Shown here piece by piece: positions 61,116 to 64,000 of a stretch of 64,000 bases of DNA. Made by a program: the position numbers and the translations under genes. The DNA comes from Raillietiella orientalis (taxonomy: Eukaryota), in contig JAYWIR010000047.1 in NCBI GenBank assembly GCA_036172245.1, forward strand, positions 1,116,001-1,180,000, written 5' to 3'. Under the pieces are notes generated by a model. The model saw only the letters and a program-made list of their open reading frames with translations. It did not search any database and had not been told where the DNA came from. Each line of letters begins with the position of its first letter. Positions within the stretch are counted from its first letter, which is position 1.

Positions 61116-62539
61116 GATCTGCAGCCGGACTGCCCCGGGTGCTCGGGCGAAGAAGAAGAAGGAAAAGCGAAGTGGCCGCGACGCCGGAAGAGGAAGGGAT
61201 CGACCGGAAGACCTGCGACTGCCGAGCAGGCGTCCTCTTCCCGGTGCTCTCACGCAGCTTCCTCGATCAGGATGGCGGGTTCTCCCAAGGCAACGGGCAG
61301 CCGCTCGCCGTCGCCGAGGCTGGTCTTAGTGGGAGAGGGGAGGCGGGGGATGGGATCTGAGGCGGGGAGATTCCGAGCGGGTGTAGGGCAGCAGCTACGG
61401 TCCACGGAGGACGGCGAGGTAGGCGGAAAAAACATACGAGGTGGAGGAAGGGAGGAAGAAGAAGAGAGGAAGGGAAGAGGAGAAAAGGAGGAGGGAAGTA
61501 AGAGCGAGAAAAGAAAGGAGGAAGGAAAGGAGGAGGAGGAAGGGAGGGAGGGAGGGAGGGAAGGGAACTTGTTCGGATGAGTAGGCAGCAGACTGGCACC
61601 AGGCATGTGAGGCGGATCAAGAAGAGGAGGAAGAGAGCCAGGCTGCATAGCTGATCCGGATGAAGCCATGTTAGCAAGTGGTGGTCAAGGGAAAGAGAGG
61701 GAGAGGAAGAAGGCGACTATGGGAGCAGCAGCAGCGCAAGAGCATCCTGGCGGACCGCCAGCGCGGTCCACAGAGGAGCCGTCTGGGGCTGCGAGGAAGC
61801 TCCGGAAGAGAGTATCGACCGATCGGCGCACGGGGAGGGCAAGAAGGAGGAGGAAGGGGAAGGAGTGAGGTGAGTCGCCATTTTGAATCGGAAAAGCTGG
61901 CGGCGGCACAGAGGTCGCTTTCCGGATGCGGCGCCCTTTCCTCTGACCGGGATGACACAAACGGGGCTTGGACTCAGGCCTTCCACGAGAGAGGCCGCGG
62001 TTGTGGGGATGCTGTAGCACGGATTGGCGATCGCGCCGCCTCCCCCCCTCCCTCTTTTCCTGGGACGATTCGGCGGGAAGCTAATGGAGGGGTAGGGCGT
62101 TCGAATCTTTTCCGTGTTCCTCCCGTTCTCCATTCCCGGAGGTCTCGAATCTTCTTTTTATCCCTCTTCCGGGTGAGGGAGGGGGGAATTGATAGGTCTC
62201 CGGGAAGGAGGGGAAGGGGAGAAGATTCTTCCCTCCTAAGGGCGCGAAACCACGCTGCTCGCGGGACCAGGAGGTGGGGGCGTCGCAGATGCAGCTTCCA
62301 CAACTCCGTTGCCCGTGCCCTTCCCGTTCTTAGGCGAAGGCTCGTCCCGTGGCTTTGCTGCGAGTCCGTGGCCACGAGCAGAGAGCTCCATGAACACTTC
62401 GCCGTCCTCCTCCATCCCGGCGTCCAGCTGCGACATCCCTGAATCCAAGAAGTCGGGAAGAGAGGAAAAGAAAGGAAGAACCAACCTTTCCCAGGCACGG
62501 GCACCCTCCCTGGGAGCGATTCCCTTCCACTCCCCCCTC

Positions 62540-63045
62540 ACCTCACCCCATCCGGACGGAGGACCATGCCCATCCTGCGATACCGAGGTTAGAAAAGAAT
62601 TCGGACTGTCCGGCTGCATCCCAGGAAGGACGGGTGCAGCCTAGCAGGTCGGAAGCGCCCGCCTCGCGGGAGCAGGGTGGGGCGGAACTCGCCCCAGTGC
62701 TCGACGTGGACTCCAACGGCGAGGGATGGGTGGTGCGCGGGCGAGCACGAGGAAGGGAGCCTCCAGCAAACGGGTCCGGCCCGCGACAAGCAGCCTTCCG
62801 CCACGTGAGGGACTGCAAGGGTCGTCTGTCGATCTCCCCAGAGGATGGATGCCAGATGTCGGTGTTCCCTTTTATCAACGGGGACGTCACGTGGCAGGGA
62901 CCCATGAGTCTCCACCCAGTTCTGGGCGCCGAGACGTTTCTTTTTCTCACCAAGGACAAACAAACAGGTGGAGCGCGCAGGAGTCGGCATAGCGGGGCTC
63001 AATACTTAGTGGGCGCTGACGACGTTCACAACATCGCGAAAGGGG
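62540..63045 (-). mobile_element. Possible eroded LINE endonuclease N-terminus
   Basis: DVVNVV (~63025, WNV-like) followed ~38 codons later by NWVETH (~62905). Later motifs are not clear. Confidence 0.3.
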
Positions 63046-63268
63046 GAAGGGGAGGGGGAGATAAGAAAAAAGAAAAGGCAAATCAAAAAAGGGTCTGGTT
63101 GGATTGAGGAGGAGGGAAGCACGGGGAGGGGAGGGGTCGCATTTCGCGACGTGGGGTCCTCCGCACCCTTTGCAGGATACCGGCGGGCTCCTACCCGCGA
63201 TCCGGAAGAACGAGCGGCGAAGAGGGCGGTGGCTCCCCTGTCGTGCTGCCCTCTGCCAGCGTCGCTCC

Positions 63269-64000
63269 TGGATTTCCACCTGCGTGCCCCCGAGGCGCTT
63301 ACTCCATAAAAACGAACATTTGCAACTTTTCGGCAGGGCCGGTGGTCCAACCAGGTCCATCTCAAAAGCAGTCTGCTGGGTTTGCCGGTGCGCAGACCGG
63401 TGAGGTTCGCCTAGGCAGCAGAAGGAAGGAACTTGAGAGGAGTGAGAAAAGGGATCACATCCTGCAGGGGGCAGTCCTCTGCATCCTTTCGGGGATGCTG
63501 GAAAGATCTCTGCGTGTTCTTCGCGTGGGACTTCTCGTCGCCACCCTCAGGAGGTGGATGGCAAAGTGGATGTGGCACCCCTATCGCTCCGCCCCCTCTT
63601 GCATCGCTCCAAGCGGCTGCAATCCCGCTCAGGGAGCTGCTGGCGAAGCTGCCGGCCGAGAGGCCTCGTGTGCGAACAAGGGTCTCCGTGCGTGCCTGGG
63701 GTTGCCACTCCAGGGACGCTGCCAGAGGAGCGGAAGGCCGTCGGGGAACGTCCCCACGGCGGTCGCAGGGCAACGCGGTCCGGAATCAGCTGCTGGGGAG
63801 GGGATGCACGTTCCCCGCACCTGACACAATTTGGCCCCCCTGCCCCGTGTCCGGTGATGTATGCGGGCGTTGCACTGGTGCAGCATCAGCAGCGTCGACT
63901 GGTGACGCTTCGAGGGAAGGGTGTGGGTGTTCAAGGGCACTGGGAGCCACTGCACGTCTTCCTGCGGAATATCCGGCAGCTCGCCTTAGTGCAAAAGTAC
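63269..64000 (-). mobile_element. LINE copy E, nearly identical to copy D; runs off the window end
   Basis: 63317-64000 matches 41963-42646 (offset 21354), with one mismatch seen (42082 G vs 63436 A). The ORF-track peptides are the same at both places apart from that change. Confidence 0.93.

Noticed and set aside
1..64000. CRISPR array, rRNA, telomeric repeats, LTR pairs or prokaryotic operons
   Set aside because: No regularly spaced repeat-spacer units, rRNA-like sequence or telomere motif were seen. The 41.9/63.3 kb direct repeat is a LINE 3' end, not an LTR (no TG..CA, PBS or PPT).

Overview
Eukaryotic, GC-rich, repeat-dominated window with no visible CpG depletion; the organism cannot be determined from the sequence alone. 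Much of it reads as a graveyard of non-LTR retrotransposons of the L1 clade (Tx1-like: AP endonuclease, RT with YADD, 'LCxPxxxGGLG' motif, C-terminal CxxC...H..C zf-RVT). Six copies of one family are well recognisable: A 17600-19950 (+), A2 19951-20600, B 23147-24960 (-), D 41914-42850 (-), C 42880-47490 (-) and E 63269-64000 (-). About nine much more eroded remnants are also visible. Between them are less GC-rich islands with homopolymers and microsatellites, in which I could not identify a host protein-coding gene. None of the LINE copies is intact, and the long ORFs in the track are largely GC-content artefacts. The most interesting signals are: (1) a covarying multi-hairpin 3' end with no poly(A) tail, shared by the family; (2) copies sitting directly at the 3' end of other copies; (3) a twin-priming-type inversion; (4) abrupt switches between near-intact and heavily eroded sequence within collinear copies, including a ~684 bp near-identical block shared by two dead copies. 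All alignments were done by eye.
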